Sequence record: PX880102.1
Reading direction: 5' to 3' (one strand)
Origin: a phage
Length of the DNA: 64,000 nt
Shown here piece by piece: positions 18,318-28,932 of this stretch. Numbering within the stretch: the stretch's first letter is position 1; every line of letters begins with the position of its first letter. A model generated the notes under the pieces. The model did no database searches. It saw only the letters and a list, made by a program, of their open reading frames with translations, and had not been told where the DNA came from. The position numbers and the translations under genes are program-made.

Positions 18318-20131
18318 TGGTGTTTAACCCTATGCATGATTTCTTTATTTTTACCGAGATTAAATCCGCGTTCGTTCGGATTTCCCAAATAACCGCATGT
18401 TCTTCTTATGGTATTCATCTTTTTAGGATCAGTTTCTCCACAAATAGAACAAACAAATCCGTTTTCAGTAGGAGTCATTTCATGGGTACTTCCGCATGTA
18501 AAACATTTATCTACTGGCATATTAACACCAAAATAATCTAAATGTTGTGCAGCATAATCCCACACGGCCTCAAGACCTTTTAAGTTATTTTTCATATCAG
18601 GAAGTTCAACATAAGAAATGTGACCACCTGTCGCAATGAAATGATATGGTGCTTCGCGAGAAATCTTTTCAAACGGAGTAATATTTTCTTCTACTGAAAC
18701 ATGGAAACTGTTAGTGTACCAACCTTTATCGGTAACATCCTTTACACTTCCATATTTTTCGGTATCAAGTTTACAGAAGCGATAACAAAGGTTTTCAGCA
18801 GGAGTAGAATACAAGCTAAAAGCAAACCCAGTTCTTTCAGTCCACTGCTTAAGACGAGCATTCATTTTAGTTAAAATTTCCTGTCCAATATCACGACCGA
18901 CAAGAATATTCAATTCGTGAATACCAATGTATCCTAGAGACACTGAACTTCTGCCATTTTTAAATAACTCAATTATGTCGTCATCAGGTTTAAGACGAAC
19001 CCCGAATGCGCCTTCTTGGTAAAGAATAGGAGCAACAGTCGCTTTAACTCCTTTTAAGGAACTAATTCTACACATCAAAGCTTCAAAACACAAATCCATT
19101 CGTTCATTGAATAATTCAACAAATTTCTGTTCATTGAATTGTGTTCCAATATAAGAATCTAACGCGATGCGAGGAAGATTCAGTGTTACAACGCCAAGAT
19201 TATTACGTCCATCAAGAATTTCATTACCAGTCGAATCTTTCCATACGCTCAAGAAACTACGGCAACCCATTGGAGAAACAGGAATAGATGAGCCGGTGAT
19301 AACTTTATTGTTCTTAGCTGAAATAATATCAGGATACATTCTTTTGCTTGCACACTCTAAAGCAAGCTGCTTAATATCATAGTTCGGATCGTCTTTATAA
19401 AGATTAACACCTTCTTCAACGAACATAACAAGCTTAGGGAAAATAGGAGTTATCCCATCACGACCAAGACCTTTAATACGATTTTTCAGAATTGCTTTCT
19501 GAATCATTCGTTCAGTCCAGTCAGTTCCTGTACCAAATGTAATTGTTACAAAAGGTGTTTGTCCGTTTGAGCTAAAGAGAGTATTTACTTCATATTCATA
19601 AGCTTGGAATGCATCGTATACATCTTTTTCTGTTTTAGATTGAGCATAATTCAACGCATCAGCGATTTGCCATTTTTCTGCATCCTCAATATGTTTTGCA
19701 TAGGTGCGTTTAACATAAGGAGAAAGTACTTTATCTACATTAGCAAAAGTCGTTCCGCCGTATTGATGGGAAGCAACCTGTGCAGTAATTTGTGCCATAA
19801 TTGCAGTAGCAACACCGATTGATTTAGGAGTTTCAATCTGTGCATTACCAAGCTTAAATCCGTTCTCAAGCATTCCTTTTAAATCTACTAAACAACAATT
19901 AGTAAATGGAAGAGCAGGGGAATAATCAATATCGTGGAAATGAATAATTCCGCTTTCATGCGCTTTCATAATAAAAGACGGGACCATATTTTTGGCAATG
20001 TGTTTAGACACAATACCAGCCATAAGGTCCCGTTGAGTTGGAAAAACACGAGAATCTTTATTAGCATTCTCGTTTAAAAGGTCTTTATTAGTTTTATGAA
20101 TCAATCCTTCAATTTCTTTTTCAATTGTCAT
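18314..20131 (-). CDS. nrdD: Anaerobic ribonucleotide reductase NrdD, uninterrupted
   Basis: 605 aa continuous ORF; C-terminal glycyl radical motif RRTCGYLG; Zn-ribbon CFTCG...CSICG. Confidence 0.95.
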   Translation of the reverse strand: MTIEKEIEGLIHKTNKDLLNENANKDSRVFPTQRDLMAGIVSKHIAKNMVPSFIMKAHESGIIHFHDIDYSPALPFTNCCLVDLKGMLENGFKLGNAQIETPKSIGVATAIMAQITAQVASHQYGGTTFANVDKVLSPYVKRTYAKHIEDAEKWQIADALNYAQSKTEKDVYDAFQAYEYEVNTLFSSNGQTPFVTITFGTGTDWTERMIQKAILKNRIKGLGRDGITPIFPKLVMFVEEGVNLYKDDPNYDIKQLALECASKRMYPDIISAKNNKVITGSSIPVSPMGCRSFLSVWKDSTGNEILDGRNNLGVVTLNLPRIALDSYIGTQFNEQKFVELFNERMDLCFEALMCRISSLKGVKATVAPILYQEGAFGVRLKPDDDIIELFKNGRSSVSLGYIGIHELNILVGRDIGQEILTKMNARLKQWTERTGFAFSLYSTPAENLCYRFCKLDTEKYGSVKDVTDKGWYTNSFHVSVEENITPFEKISREAPYHFIATGGHISYVELPDMKNNLKGLEAVWDYAAQHLDYFGVNMPVDKCFTCGSTHEMTPTENGFVCSICGETDPKKMNTIRRTCGYLGNPNERGFNLGKNKEIMHRVKHQ

Positions 20132-20601
20132 TTTAAACTCTTTCTAAGCTGCTTCTTAAATGAAGCTATTAGTTGTGTTTTAGTGTCAGATTCATTATAT
20201 TCAAATCCTCTTTGAAGCATCTCGGCCATCATTTCCTCTTTTCCTAAACGAGAAAATTCCTTTGATTTATCTCCAACAAAGTTAGGGTGAATATTATTTT
20301 GGGTGTAATCGGATTTTAAATAAGTAAGTAAATTTTCTAACCATTCAAGATAATCAACACCTTGTCCCTTTAAGCCAGAACGATTAAATTTATGCTTCAT
20401 TTGACCTTCTGCGGCATTGCAGAGATTACAAAGCAATCCACGTACCTTTCCTGCTTTTGGTCCATTTAATTCATGGTCATGGTCAAGGTGATTAGCTTGA
20501 ACATCAGGATTTAGTTCTCGTTGGCAAATTAAGCATTTACCGTTTTGTGCATCATAAAATTTCTGTTTTTCTTCTTTATATAATTTGCCAGTCAATAACA
20601 T
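20128..20601 (-). CDS. 49: Endonuclease VII (Holliday junction resolvase) gp49
   Basis: 157 aa as in T4; HNH-like HLDHDHELNG and Zn-binding cysteines. Confidence 0.9.
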   Translation of the reverse strand: MLLTGKLYKEEKQKFYDAQNGKCLICQRELNPDVQANHLDHDHELNGPKAGKVRGLLCNLCNAAEGQMKHKFNRSGLKGQGVDYLEWLENLLTYLKSDYTQNNIHPNFVGDKSKEFSRLGKEEMMAEMLQRGFEYNESDTKTQLIASFKKQLRKSLK

Positions 20602-20642
20602 AATAAACCCTTACCTTAAATAGATAAGGGTATTTATTATTT

Positions 20643-21128
20643 TCAAGTATTGTAAAACATTTGATGCAATCGCTTATATTGCCGAATCTTTTGGTCAGAA
20701 AAAGAAATTTGAGTTTCAAGCCATTCAATGTACTCTGCGGCAGCTTGCATCAGGTTACCTTCATAGCCATCGTTATTTTCTTGTGCAGCTAATTTAGCTA
20801 ATGCGTATGAAATACGTTCACCTTGAAAATCAGCTTTAGGCTTCTGAACAGCTTGATTAGTTCTCTCTACAACTTCTTCAATTTCGCCATTTTCTACTGA
20901 TTCAGTATTCCATAAGCACCAATACGTAATTGGCTTATCGTAGATGTTAATAATCTTTCCATCAGAAAGTTCAATTTCAATAATTCCAGTATCAGGTTCT
21001 ATATCATCTTCACATTCTTTTGCAAGTTCACGAACTTTAAAGACAGCACCTGCACTAAGTTCCGGCCAGTAATTACATAGCCCTGTATCAGCACGATTAA
21101 TTCTAAACCACTTATCTACTGTAATCAT
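20643..21128 (-). CDS. pin: Putative protease inhibitor Pin (by position)
   Basis: 161 codons from second Met of 167 aa ORF; position between 49 and nrdC as T4 pin; sequence identity not verified. Confidence 0.5.
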   Translation of the reverse strand: MITVDKWFRINRADTGLCNYWPELSAGAVFKVRELAKECEDDIEPDTGIIEIELSDGKIINIYDKPITYWCLWNTESVENGEIEEVVERTNQAVQKPKADFQGERISYALAKLAAQENNDGYEGNLMQAAAEYIEWLETQISFSDQKIRQYKRLHQMFYNT

Positions 21129-21250
21129 GTCCCATCTCCATATCAATTAAGTCATTTATCGTTGGTTCATTATATACTGTTTCTTCATCAGTGTAAACCG
21201 GTTCTTCCGGCTCTGGCTCTACAGTTTCCCATCTAGCCGCCCACCAGGGT

Positions 21251-21640
21251 TTAACCCCGAAGCTTATTAAGTTCTTCATAATCAATCCAGGATTCTAATC
21301 CTGATGGCAAATCAGATTCAATTTCCCAAAGAAGCTCTTCAATTTTCTGAAGACGATCTAGTTCTTCAGCTGGAATAGTAACCATTGATGGAGTTCTTGA
21401 TACACTAATATCGTAAATCATATTTACCCCCAGTTTGACCATGCAATCACCGTATTTCCACTTAGAAATAGACTTTTCACCATTAGAATAATAAACTTCG
21501 AGTTTAGCACGATTATTTTTAATTTGAATAACCTTGGCTGTCATCAAAGTTCCATACCCATAATAAACTGCAACTTCATCACCTACATATACCGCGCTTC
21601 CGCGGTAATCATGGATATAATCAGTTCCTTCGAGCATCAT
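21251..21640 (-). CDS. Hypothetical protein (49.x position)
   Basis: ORF track 129 aa. Confidence 0.45.
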   Translation of the reverse strand: MMLEGTDYIHDYRGSAVYVGDEVAVYYGYGTLMTAKVIQIKNNRAKLEVYYSNGEKSISKWKYGDCMVKLGVNMIYDISVSRTPSMVTIPAEELDRLQKIEELLWEIESDLPSGLESWIDYEELNKLRG

Positions 21641-21900
21641 TTAAAGTATTCCCGCAATTGGTCAAATCCACCAATATGACTTCCATCAGGAGCAAATACT
21701 TGAGGCATCGTCAAGCCAATTTGAGTATCACGACCCAGTTTAGTCAGAAGCTCAGCGATTTTCTCATCATCAAAAACACCTTTTTCCGGCATAATGTTGA
21801 TAAATTCAAACGGCTGTTTCTTCACAGTCAAAAGACGTTTTGCATTATCGCAGTACACACATTTGTGGATGTTGCTATCATAACCATATACTTTAAACAT
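21637..21900 (-). CDS. nrdC: Glutaredoxin (T4 thioredoxin) NrdC
   Basis: 87 aa; CVYC active site; matches T4 NrdC from memory. Confidence 0.92.
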   Translation of the reverse strand: MFKVYGYDSNIHKCVYCDNAKRLLTVKKQPFEFINIMPEKGVFDDEKIAELLTKLGRDTQIGLTMPQVFAPDGSHIGGFDQLREYFK

Positions 21901-21901
21901 A

Positions 21902-22144
21902 TTATTCCTTAATTCCTAGTACTTGTTTAAAAGTCTCGTCGTAATCAAGACTTTGGCCCGTTTGTTCTTTATGTTTGTACATAATATCACTTACTTCTGA
22001 TAGCATATTTTTATATGAACGAGTTAAAGCAGATTTAAGCACGCTGTATCTATCAGGAAATTTACCATGTTCATTATAATAAGCTATTGCTAATTCACGG
22101 ACTGCCTTTTCAGCAGTCTCCATATATTCTTTACGCTTGGTCAT
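21902..22144 (-). CDS. Hypothetical protein (nrdC.1 position)
   Basis: Start placed at internal Met ([13 protein letters not shown]) to abut upstream gene. Confidence 0.4.
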   Translation of the reverse strand: MTKRKEYMETAEKAVRELAIAYYNEHGKFPDRYSVLKSALTRSYKNMLSEVSDIMYKHKEQTGQSLDYDETFKQVLGIKE

Positions 22145-22145
22145 T

Positions 22146-22535
22146 TTAATCCAAAATATTATTAGGCATTGGTTGAACACTCGCAAGTTCTTTAAAGAAC
22201 TCAGTAGAGTCAGGTAATTTAACCATTTCCGGAGCATGCTTGCTAAATTTGTGTTTACAATGACGGCATTTATATTCAAGTTCCGGTTTACGCCAATTAA
22301 TTAATTGAACCTGTTCAGTACCGCATTCAGGACAATTAGGAACGTTTTTAGAAGCCCTTTCGCGACGTTCAACCATAGCCATAATAGCATCCCAGGCTGG
22401 AGGTTTAAAGTCTAAATCATCACAACCATGAATCTTTCCACGCATTTCCAGATCGTCTTCTTCACCAGCCATAATAATTTTAATTAGACTGGAATTACTT
22501 GAAGCTGCAATATCTTCTAATAGACGCTTTTTCAT
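22146..22535 (-). CDS. Hypothetical zinc-ribbon protein
   Basis: ORF track 129 aa; CPECG...CRHCKHKF paired cysteines. Confidence 0.5.
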   Translation of the reverse strand: MKKRLLEDIAASSNSSLIKIIMAGEEDDLEMRGKIHGCDDLDFKPPAWDAIMAMVERRERASKNVPNCPECGTEQVQLINWRKPELEYKCRHCKHKFSKHAPEMVKLPDSTEFFKELASVQPMPNNILD

Positions 22536-23461
22536 TTCAATACCTCAATAGCATTACGTAAACCATTTGCTTTCGCATTAAGAGCTTTTAACAATTTGGT
22601 GTGTTCGGCAATCTGGGCTTCAACTTCAATCAAACGAGCATTGAGATATTCACGTTCTTCGCTCAAGTTATCAATCTTTTCTACTTTAGGCTCTTTTACA
22701 ACTGTCTTATATGTATTAGGGTTCTTCAGTTTAATTAGAATACGTGAACTGTATAACATTGAACCATTATCTTCGATTTCATCATACATTTCTACTACGT
22801 CCATGATTTTTAACATCATGCGGAGTTTATAAGACAACGAACGAATAGTTTTGTTGTGCTTATTAATTTCTTTAGAGTTCATGGTGCCAAGATTACGTGA
22901 GTAATAATAAGGAACCTGGATATTAATTAACACTGATGAACCACCTGGCTTGTGTGTTACTTCATCAGCAATAACCCAATCCTTAACATGAACTGTATTT
23001 GTACGGTCATCACCAGCAGTAAATAGTTTGCGAGCATGCTTAAAAAGCATATTCACTTGGTCATTGAATTGACAAGCAAATTTATCAGCAAATTTAGTTT
23101 CAGGAATGGTAGATAACCAATCAGCCAAGTGGGTCTTTTTAACATCGTTAACAATAGTAAATTCAACCAAATCGGTTATAGATGTTGCAGATTTAATGAA
23201 GCTCGGCTTCATTAAGTTTTTAATGTTATCGCGAGCTACAGTAGAAGATAACATACGAGAACGTTTAAACCATTCAAGCAAATTGCCTAACGAATGAGAA
23301 TAAGCGTTTTGAGTATCTTTACAGATATGATTTTCCTGACCAACATATTGAAGGAAATCACGAAGAATATTATTGATTACTGCTCTGTGTCCGATTTGAT
23401 AATTACGGTGTTTAGTAATAAGACTGTCAAAATAATCAATATAATGTTTACGAGTTTTCAT
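22532..23461 (-). CDS. Hypothetical protein with C-terminal coiled coil
   Basis: ORF track 309 aa; heptad-rich C-terminus. Confidence 0.55.
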   Translation of the reverse strand: MKTRKHYIDYFDSLITKHRNYQIGHRAVINNILRDFLQYVGQENHICKDTQNAYSHSLGNLLEWFKRSRMLSSTVARDNIKNLMKPSFIKSATSITDLVEFTIVNDVKKTHLADWLSTIPETKFADKFACQFNDQVNMLFKHARKLFTAGDDRTNTVHVKDWVIADEVTHKPGGSSVLINIQVPYYYSRNLGTMNSKEINKHNKTIRSLSYKLRMMLKIMDVVEMYDEIEDNGSMLYSSRILIKLKNPNTYKTVVKEPKVEKIDNLSEEREYLNARLIEVEAQIAEHTKLLKALNAKANGLRNAIEVLK

Positions 23462-23513
23462 GTTCTTCTCACTTGGTTAATGATTTATACTCCGAGCCAT
23501 CCTTGGCTTTAAA

Positions 23514-24515
23514 TTACTTAATTAACTGTAAAGCTTGTTCAAGACGATCCAGGCGATTAACAGATTCTTCCCAAATCCTTTTAGCCTGCTCATATTCTTT
23601 CTGCGCTTTATTAGAAATTTCTAGAGCTTCTTTATAAGCTTTTTCTAGTGCAATAACTTCTGGACGAATTTCTATCGGTTCAGGTGAATCGTCAAGACAT
23701 TCCATTAGTTCCTCAAGGGTAGTTTCTTCTTTAAGAGTATTCACAATTTCATCACATTTTTGCTGGTAAATTTCTTTATCAGTCGGTGAGTACGCACACT
23801 TTACTTCACGAAGACTAATTATAATTTTATATCCTTCCCATTCACACATATTTTTGAAAGGATATGTATGAATACTTTTTACAGTTTCCATACAGCCCAA
23901 AGCCGTCTCTAATTGATGAGTTATAGTGCTAGCAATTGAGAAAAATTTATTAATGTTCTTTTGATTAGCTGCTGGTGTAAAAAATCCATAATTCACAAAA
24001 ATAGCTACTTTATTTTTATCAAGCTCATATTCTTTTACGATAATCATATCAGAAGCCAAAGGATGAATTTGACGATAATCGCCATAACATAATTTAGAAG
24101 CTGATTTTAGAATTTGTCCTTTGAAAAGTCTGAAATTACTAATCCAACGACGAGTAAAAATATTCTCAGGGTCTTCTTTAATATTAAGATGATAAGAATT
24201 AACATCACCGAACCAATTATATCCTACTACATCTTTAGTTCGTTTAATTTCTTTCCCAAATTTACCAAGAATATCCCTATTAACCAAATATGAAAGAAGA
24301 CGAGACCCTTTAAAGGTTTTCTTAATGGCATCTTTATCTGTACGACTAGAAATTTCACGAACTTCATGAATAAATTTGCCGGAAGAAACAATACTTGCAT
24401 CAGTATTATTGAGCCATTGATTGATAATAGAAAGAACGCTATTTTGGCCAAACATCGGTATAGCTTTATCATCAATAACGCTATTGAATGATTTGATATA
24501 TTCGTTACGAGTCAT
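23514..24515 (-). CDS. Hypothetical protein with C-terminal coiled coil
   Basis: Start placed at MTRNEYIKSF because an early promoter occupies 24544..24573 inside the longer ORF. Confidence 0.55.
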   Translation of the reverse strand: MTRNEYIKSFNSVIDDKAIPMFGQNSVLSIINQWLNNTDASIVSSGKFIHEVREISSRTDKDAIKKTFKGSRLLSYLVNRDILGKFGKEIKRTKDVVGYNWFGDVNSYHLNIKEDPENIFTRRWISNFRLFKGQILKSASKLCYGDYRQIHPLASDMIIVKEYELDKNKVAIFVNYGFFTPAANQKNINKFFSIASTITHQLETALGCMETVKSIHTYPFKNMCEWEGYKIIISLREVKCAYSPTDKEIYQQKCDEIVNTLKEETTLEELMECLDDSPEPIEIRPEVIALEKAYKEALEISNKAQKEYEQAKRIWEESVNRLDRLEQALQLIK

Positions 24516-24543
24516 AATAATCTCCTCAGTAGAAAGTAAAAAC

Positions 24544-24573
24544 ATTATACCACATCCTTGTGGCAAAGTAAAC
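24544..24573 (-). promoter_or_regulatory. T4-type early promoter
   Basis: GTTTAC, about 17 nt spacer, GTGGTATAAT on minus strand. Confidence 0.6.
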
Positions 24574-25592
24574 TAGTTCAGTGCATTTAGTGCATTGTTC
24601 AGTTTAGAACGTTGCTTCGTGAGATTTTTGACTTTTTCTTGAGCTTTTTCTAGCATCTTTTCAGCTTCTAGCACTTCATTGGTCGCTTTAACGAGTTCAT
24701 CATCTACTGCCTTGATAGACTTCTCAATCGCATCCGCGTGCCATTTTTCAACAGGTTTAAGACTCGGATTTTCAATAGGAAGAAAATTCACTTTATTGAA
24801 TTTCCATGCATCTTTATTGCCTGAACTATACATCCAAAATTTAGGATCGTTTGATGAGTAATTAGATAAATTTAAGTTATCTTGCACTTCCTGCTTTTTC
24901 TCTTGCGGGACTTCGTCCTTTCTCAAAAAATCGTATTTAAATGAAACGATCATATCAAGTTCATATGTTGTTGTATGTTCCCAATTTCGCTCAAAACGAG
25001 GTAAAATCTTAGAATGAACAGCGGCAACAACATCCATATACTTAAATGCTTCTGTCAACTGCGATTTAAGGCATTCGCAAATTGAAAGAGAATTTTTTGT
25101 ATTAGGTTTAAAGCTAATTCGTGCAGTTCTGTTATTTTCTTTTAATGGTCTTACTTCCATCTGAAGAGTATAACCATCAAATTTCAGGTTCTTTAAGTTA
25201 ATGTCAGAACCTTTTAATCGACTAGCCGTTGACAAAATTTGCTTTAATTGTTTACGGAATAGAGCAATAAATCTCCATTCAATACGATAATGATTTGGAT
25301 TAAAAAATCCAGATGATAAATCGACCTTACTCTGACCAACGCCCTGAACAAATAGAGGATTTTTATAATCAATAGTTTTACAGAAATCGGTGAGCTGCTC
25401 ACGAGCCGTCATTTGTGTAATATACCCCGCTTTACTAAAATGACGTAACCATTCACTGCTATTCATATATTTAAAGTGAATATCACGATTAACTTTATCA
25501 GGATCTAAATTATTTTGGCACAAAAATGTCATAACATCACGAGTATAGCTGGCATTACGAACCATATCTTCAATTTGAGAACGAGTTTTCAT
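24573..25592 (-). CDS. Hypothetical protein with C-terminal coiled coil
   Basis: ORF track 339 aa. Confidence 0.55.
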   Translation of the reverse strand: MKTRSQIEDMVRNASYTRDVMTFLCQNNLDPDKVNRDIHFKYMNSSEWLRHFSKAGYITQMTAREQLTDFCKTIDYKNPLFVQGVGQSKVDLSSGFFNPNHYRIEWRFIALFRKQLKQILSTASRLKGSDINLKNLKFDGYTLQMEVRPLKENNRTARISFKPNTKNSLSICECLKSQLTEAFKYMDVVAAVHSKILPRFERNWEHTTTYELDMIVSFKYDFLRKDEVPQEKKQEVQDNLNLSNYSSNDPKFWMYSSGNKDAWKFNKVNFLPIENPSLKPVEKWHADAIEKSIKAVDDELVKATNEVLEAEKMLEKAQEKVKNLTKQRSKLNNALNALN

Positions 25593-25600
25593 GGTGTTCC

Positions 25601-26524
25601 TTAAGATTTAAGTAAATCAACAATTTTAATTAATTTTTCACGTTCAGATTTAGCTTTACTACTCAATCCAGATAGTCTGAAAATTTCATCGTCATATTGT
25701 TGAATAGAAATATTCAGCTCTTCAATTTGCTTATTAAAATAATCAATTTGCTCAGAATGTTTTTCATTACTGCGAACTGGTACAGGTTTTGTAGGCAATT
25801 TAGTTAAACTGGATTCATCCGGGCGATAAATTAAAATACAACTTGAACCAATCGGGCATTTAACACCAGACACATATTCTAATGTTCCGGCTTCTTTTAA
25901 AACTTCAAAAGCTAAACAGAGATGATGCCCCATATTAACATAATCTGTAGAGCGAGCTCTGACATAATAATCATCTCCGCGAATACTAAATTTAAAGCAT
26001 TTAAGGTCTTCTGTATTATTGGTCTTAAAAATCATTTGTTTATCTAGACCTTTAGCTAATCGAGCGCCTAATGCTAATAATCGTCGTTGATTTTCCCACA
26101 AATCTGCGATCATTTGGTCAAATGATAATTTCGGCATTAGTCGACCATAAAGATCATAGCCTTTATTATAATTGCGAAGAATTTCACTCGCGTTAATACG
26201 AGACAATGCTCCAATTTTATTAAGGGCTTTCATAATGCGATTAGATAAACCCATTCCAGACCCGTTTGTTCGCTGCAAATGTTTTTCTAATCCAAATCCA
26301 ATATCAACTTTAAACTTATCTAAAATTTCTGCATGAACATCTCTGTCAATAACATTCAAATCCAAAGTTGGGTTAAATCTATGAAAAAATTTATCTGGCT
26401 CTCCACGACGAAGTACAGTCCATTCATTCATTTTTTTATTAACTAAAGATTTAATTACTGTATTGACATTATTAATTACTACTGACATATTTTCCTCACT
26501 CAATTTCAATTTTACTAAATACAC
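25601..26524 (-). CDS. Hypothetical protein with C-terminal coiled coil
   Basis: ORF track 307 aa. Confidence 0.55.
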   Translation of the reverse strand: MYLVKLKLSEENMSVVINNVNTVIKSLVNKKMNEWTVLRRGEPDKFFHRFNPTLDLNVIDRDVHAEILDKFKVDIGFGLEKHLQRTNGSGMGLSNRIMKALNKIGALSRINASEILRNYNKGYDLYGRLMPKLSFDQMIADLWENQRRLLALGARLAKGLDKQMIFKTNNTEDLKCFKFSIRGDDYYVRARSTDYVNMGHHLCLAFEVLKEAGTLEYVSGVKCPIGSSCILIYRPDESSLTKLPTKPVPVRSNEKHSEQIDYFNKQIEELNISIQQYDDEIFRLSGLSSKAKSEREKLIKIVDLLKS

Positions 26525-26903
26525 AGAATATGATGGAAAAGACTATATAAGCACCGCATACAGATTGAACTAATACCATTCCAAAGAACCAAACAATATT
26601 ATCAAACAATGTCTGTTTTACGTCGAAAGGACGTAAACTTACAGTAATATTATCGCCTTTTTCTATTGATGAATAGATCTCTGGTGAAATATATTCGCTA
26701 AATCTATAACCGTCATTTAGTTCATATACGGCAATAAACGATAAACTAGACCCCTTTCCTTGTGTTCCTGTAATGGTATTAACTACAGTAACATCATAAT
26801 CTTTATAATGCATATAATCATTAATTGCGTAATAACCATATGCAACTACTACACATAAACAACATATCAATAAATTCAATCTTTTAATTATCAACCGTTT
26901 CAT
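26496..26903 (-). CDS. Hypothetical membrane protein (N- and C-terminal TM segments)
   Basis: ORF track 135 aa. Confidence 0.5.
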   Translation of the reverse strand: MKRLIIKRLNLLICCLCVVVAYGYYAINDYMHYKDYDVTVVNTITGTQGKGSSLSFIAVYELNDGYRFSEYISPEIYSSIEKGDNITVSLRPFDVKQTLFDNIVWFFGMVLVQSVCGAYIVFSIIFCVFSKIEIE

Positions 26904-26958
26904 AATAATCTCAATTAAAAGGGCTTAAAACCATTATACCATCCTTGGTATAAAGCGG

Positions 26959-27486
26959 TTATGCGAGTACCGTCTTTAACCGTTCTTCAAACTTCCGAAG
27001 AGTATTTTGGCGTTCAGCTCTTTGCTTTTTGTAAGTTTCAATACGCTCTGAAATGAGAGTGTATCGTTCATTTACTGATTCTTTCATAAAATCAGGAATT
27101 TCACGAGAAGCTTTAATCTCGTCAAATTTATCAATAACAGCTTGCTCTTCAGCAATTAAGTTATCATACATCAAAATATCTTTCTTGATGAACTCAATAT
27201 CTTCTTGAGTTACACGAGATAACTTAGATGCTTTATCCTTTTTGTACTGTTCGTTAGTATCACGAGACCAGTGTAATGTACGATTTTTATTCGTATTCTT
27301 GTAAATTTCTACAATACCAATCTCATCAATAATAACGATCCAATTCCAACGGGATTTGTAAATTTGTCCTCCATCAACCGTGATTTCACCTCCGATTGAG
27401 ATGTCATTAAAGAACTTGCTTTGTGCTTCAGATTTAAATTTACCATCGTTGTAATTTACCAGGTTGAAAATATCTTTAGCGTTCAT
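26959..27486 (-). CDS. Hypothetical protein
   Basis: ORF track 175 aa; early promoter upstream. Confidence 0.5.
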   Translation of the reverse strand: MNAKDIFNLVNYNDGKFKSEAQSKFFNDISIGGEITVDGGQIYKSRWNWIVIIDEIGIVEIYKNTNKNRTLHWSRDTNEQYKKDKASKLSRVTQEDIEFIKKDILMYDNLIAEEQAVIDKFDEIKASREIPDFMKESVNERYTLISERIETYKKQRAERQNTLRKFEERLKTVLA

Positions 27487-27512
27487 TTTGTGTTCCTCCG
27501 TAGTTGATAGTT

Positions 27513-27544
27513 GTATAGTACCACAGAGGAACAGTCTTGTAAAC
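27513..27544 (-). promoter_or_regulatory. T4-type early promoter (copy of 2503..2534)
   Basis: About 45 nt identical to promoter at 2491..2534. Confidence 0.6.
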
Positions 27545-27546
27545 CA

Positions 27547-27861
27547 CTAAAAGAAACTTCTTTCACAATTTTTTCCACTGAACCAGGCGCTCACTGCTTT
27601 CTTAGTCTCAGGAGCGGTGTTATCCATAAACCATTCAAAGGCAGCCTTTTTATGATTCTGGAGGGCTTCTCGGGCTTTAATCTGCTCACGGTCTATTAAC
27701 ACTAACATATGAGCCTTTCTTGTCACCATGGGCTTCTTATGATTTTTTGAATACTCCCAATCATTTGTCCATCGCATCGTTGTTGCGAATTGAAGTACAG
27801 CTTCTTTAATCTTAGTTTCGTAAATTTCACGAGCCTTTGAGTATAACATCACTACCTCCAT
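27547..27861 (-). CDS. Hypothetical protein
   Basis: ORF track 104 aa. Confidence 0.45.
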   Translation of the reverse strand: MEVVMLYSKAREIYETKIKEAVLQFATTMRWTNDWEYSKNHKKPMVTRKAHMLVLIDREQIKAREALQNHKKAAFEWFMDNTAPETKKAVSAWFSGKNCERSFF

Positions 27862-27951
27862 TTACCAGTTTAATTCTAGTCATCTTTTTAATGGCAGTCC
27901 ATATAATCTATTTCTGAACTGCCTTTTTTGTCTTAGAAGGCCTCTTATGAA

Positions 27952-28932
27952 TTATTTCAGAAGAGTAACCTCAGCGATTTCTTCCCAACCGTTTTTGTCG
28001 GTCATAATAAAGTCAGCAAGATAAAGAGCAGTACGCAGTGAAACATTGCGTAAACGATTAACATTGACTTTCATCCATGATAGTGCTTTATAAGTTTCTT
28101 CATCAGAAAGACCGCGCTTTTGCATCATGTCAGTTGAAAGAATAACATCTTCAACCCTGACCATAATTTCTTCATTAGTGTGAACACCCAAATCCAAATA
28201 AACTGAGCGGGACACTAATGCTTGTAAATGTGGAGCAAGTTTAGTACCACGGTCTAATTCGCGGTCAATGTCAACGTTTGTGATAAAAACAATCGTTCCT
28301 TTAAATTCAAACTCACGCTCAATGCCTTTTTCTTCTAAGTAAGAAGACGCAGTGCTCCAGCAGACTTTACGGGTCTCTCCGGTGTCCAGAGCAGCTTTTA
28401 GAAGATTAAGAATGTCCATATCAGAGAAAACATCCACATCATCAATCAAAAGGACAGAATTCTCTTCACGATTATTCCAAAGCTGCTCATAAAGACCAAT
28501 ACCAGAGATTTTACCATTAATGCTTTTATATTCAATGTATCCAATATCATTTGCTTTATTCAAAGCTTTATCTAAAGAATACGTTTTACCAATACCTGCT
28601 GCGCCAGAGATAATTAATGAACGAATATTTCCATTAATAATACCATTCGTCATCATTCCCATAACATTAAATCTTTTATTAATGCGGGTTTTCATATCTT
28701 CATATGATTCTTTAACTTCTTCAACTTTTACACCATCATATGAAATATCTGATTTGTAAACCCAAACACCGCGACGCTTACCGTCAATTTCAACAAAAAC
28801 TTTACCATCTCCTTGTGCATCTACCGGAGCATTATCTGGGAACCATTCGCCTAAGAGCTCAAAAGTTCCAGAGATTTCTTTACCGAAGTAGATACCCTTA
28901 TTGATAGTTACAGTTTTCATTTTATTCTCCAA
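27952..28932 (-). CDS. P-loop / AAA-type ATPase of unknown function
   Basis: 326 aa; Walker A GAAGIGKT, Walker B VLLIDDVD, sensor-like VFITN. Confidence 0.6.
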   Translation of the reverse strand: MENKMKTVTINKGIYFGKEISGTFELLGEWFPDNAPVDAQGDGKVFVEIDGKRRGVWVYKSDISYDGVKVEEVKESYEDMKTRINKRFNVMGMMTNGIINGNIRSLIISGAAGIGKTYSLDKALNKANDIGYIEYKSINGKISGIGLYEQLWNNREENSVLLIDDVDVFSDMDILNLLKAALDTGETRKVCWSTASSYLEEKGIEREFEFKGTIVFITNVDIDRELDRGTKLAPHLQALVSRSVYLDLGVHTNEEIMVRVEDVILSTDMMQKRGLSDEETYKALSWMKVNVNRLRNVSLRTALYLADFIMTDKNGWEEIAEVTLLK

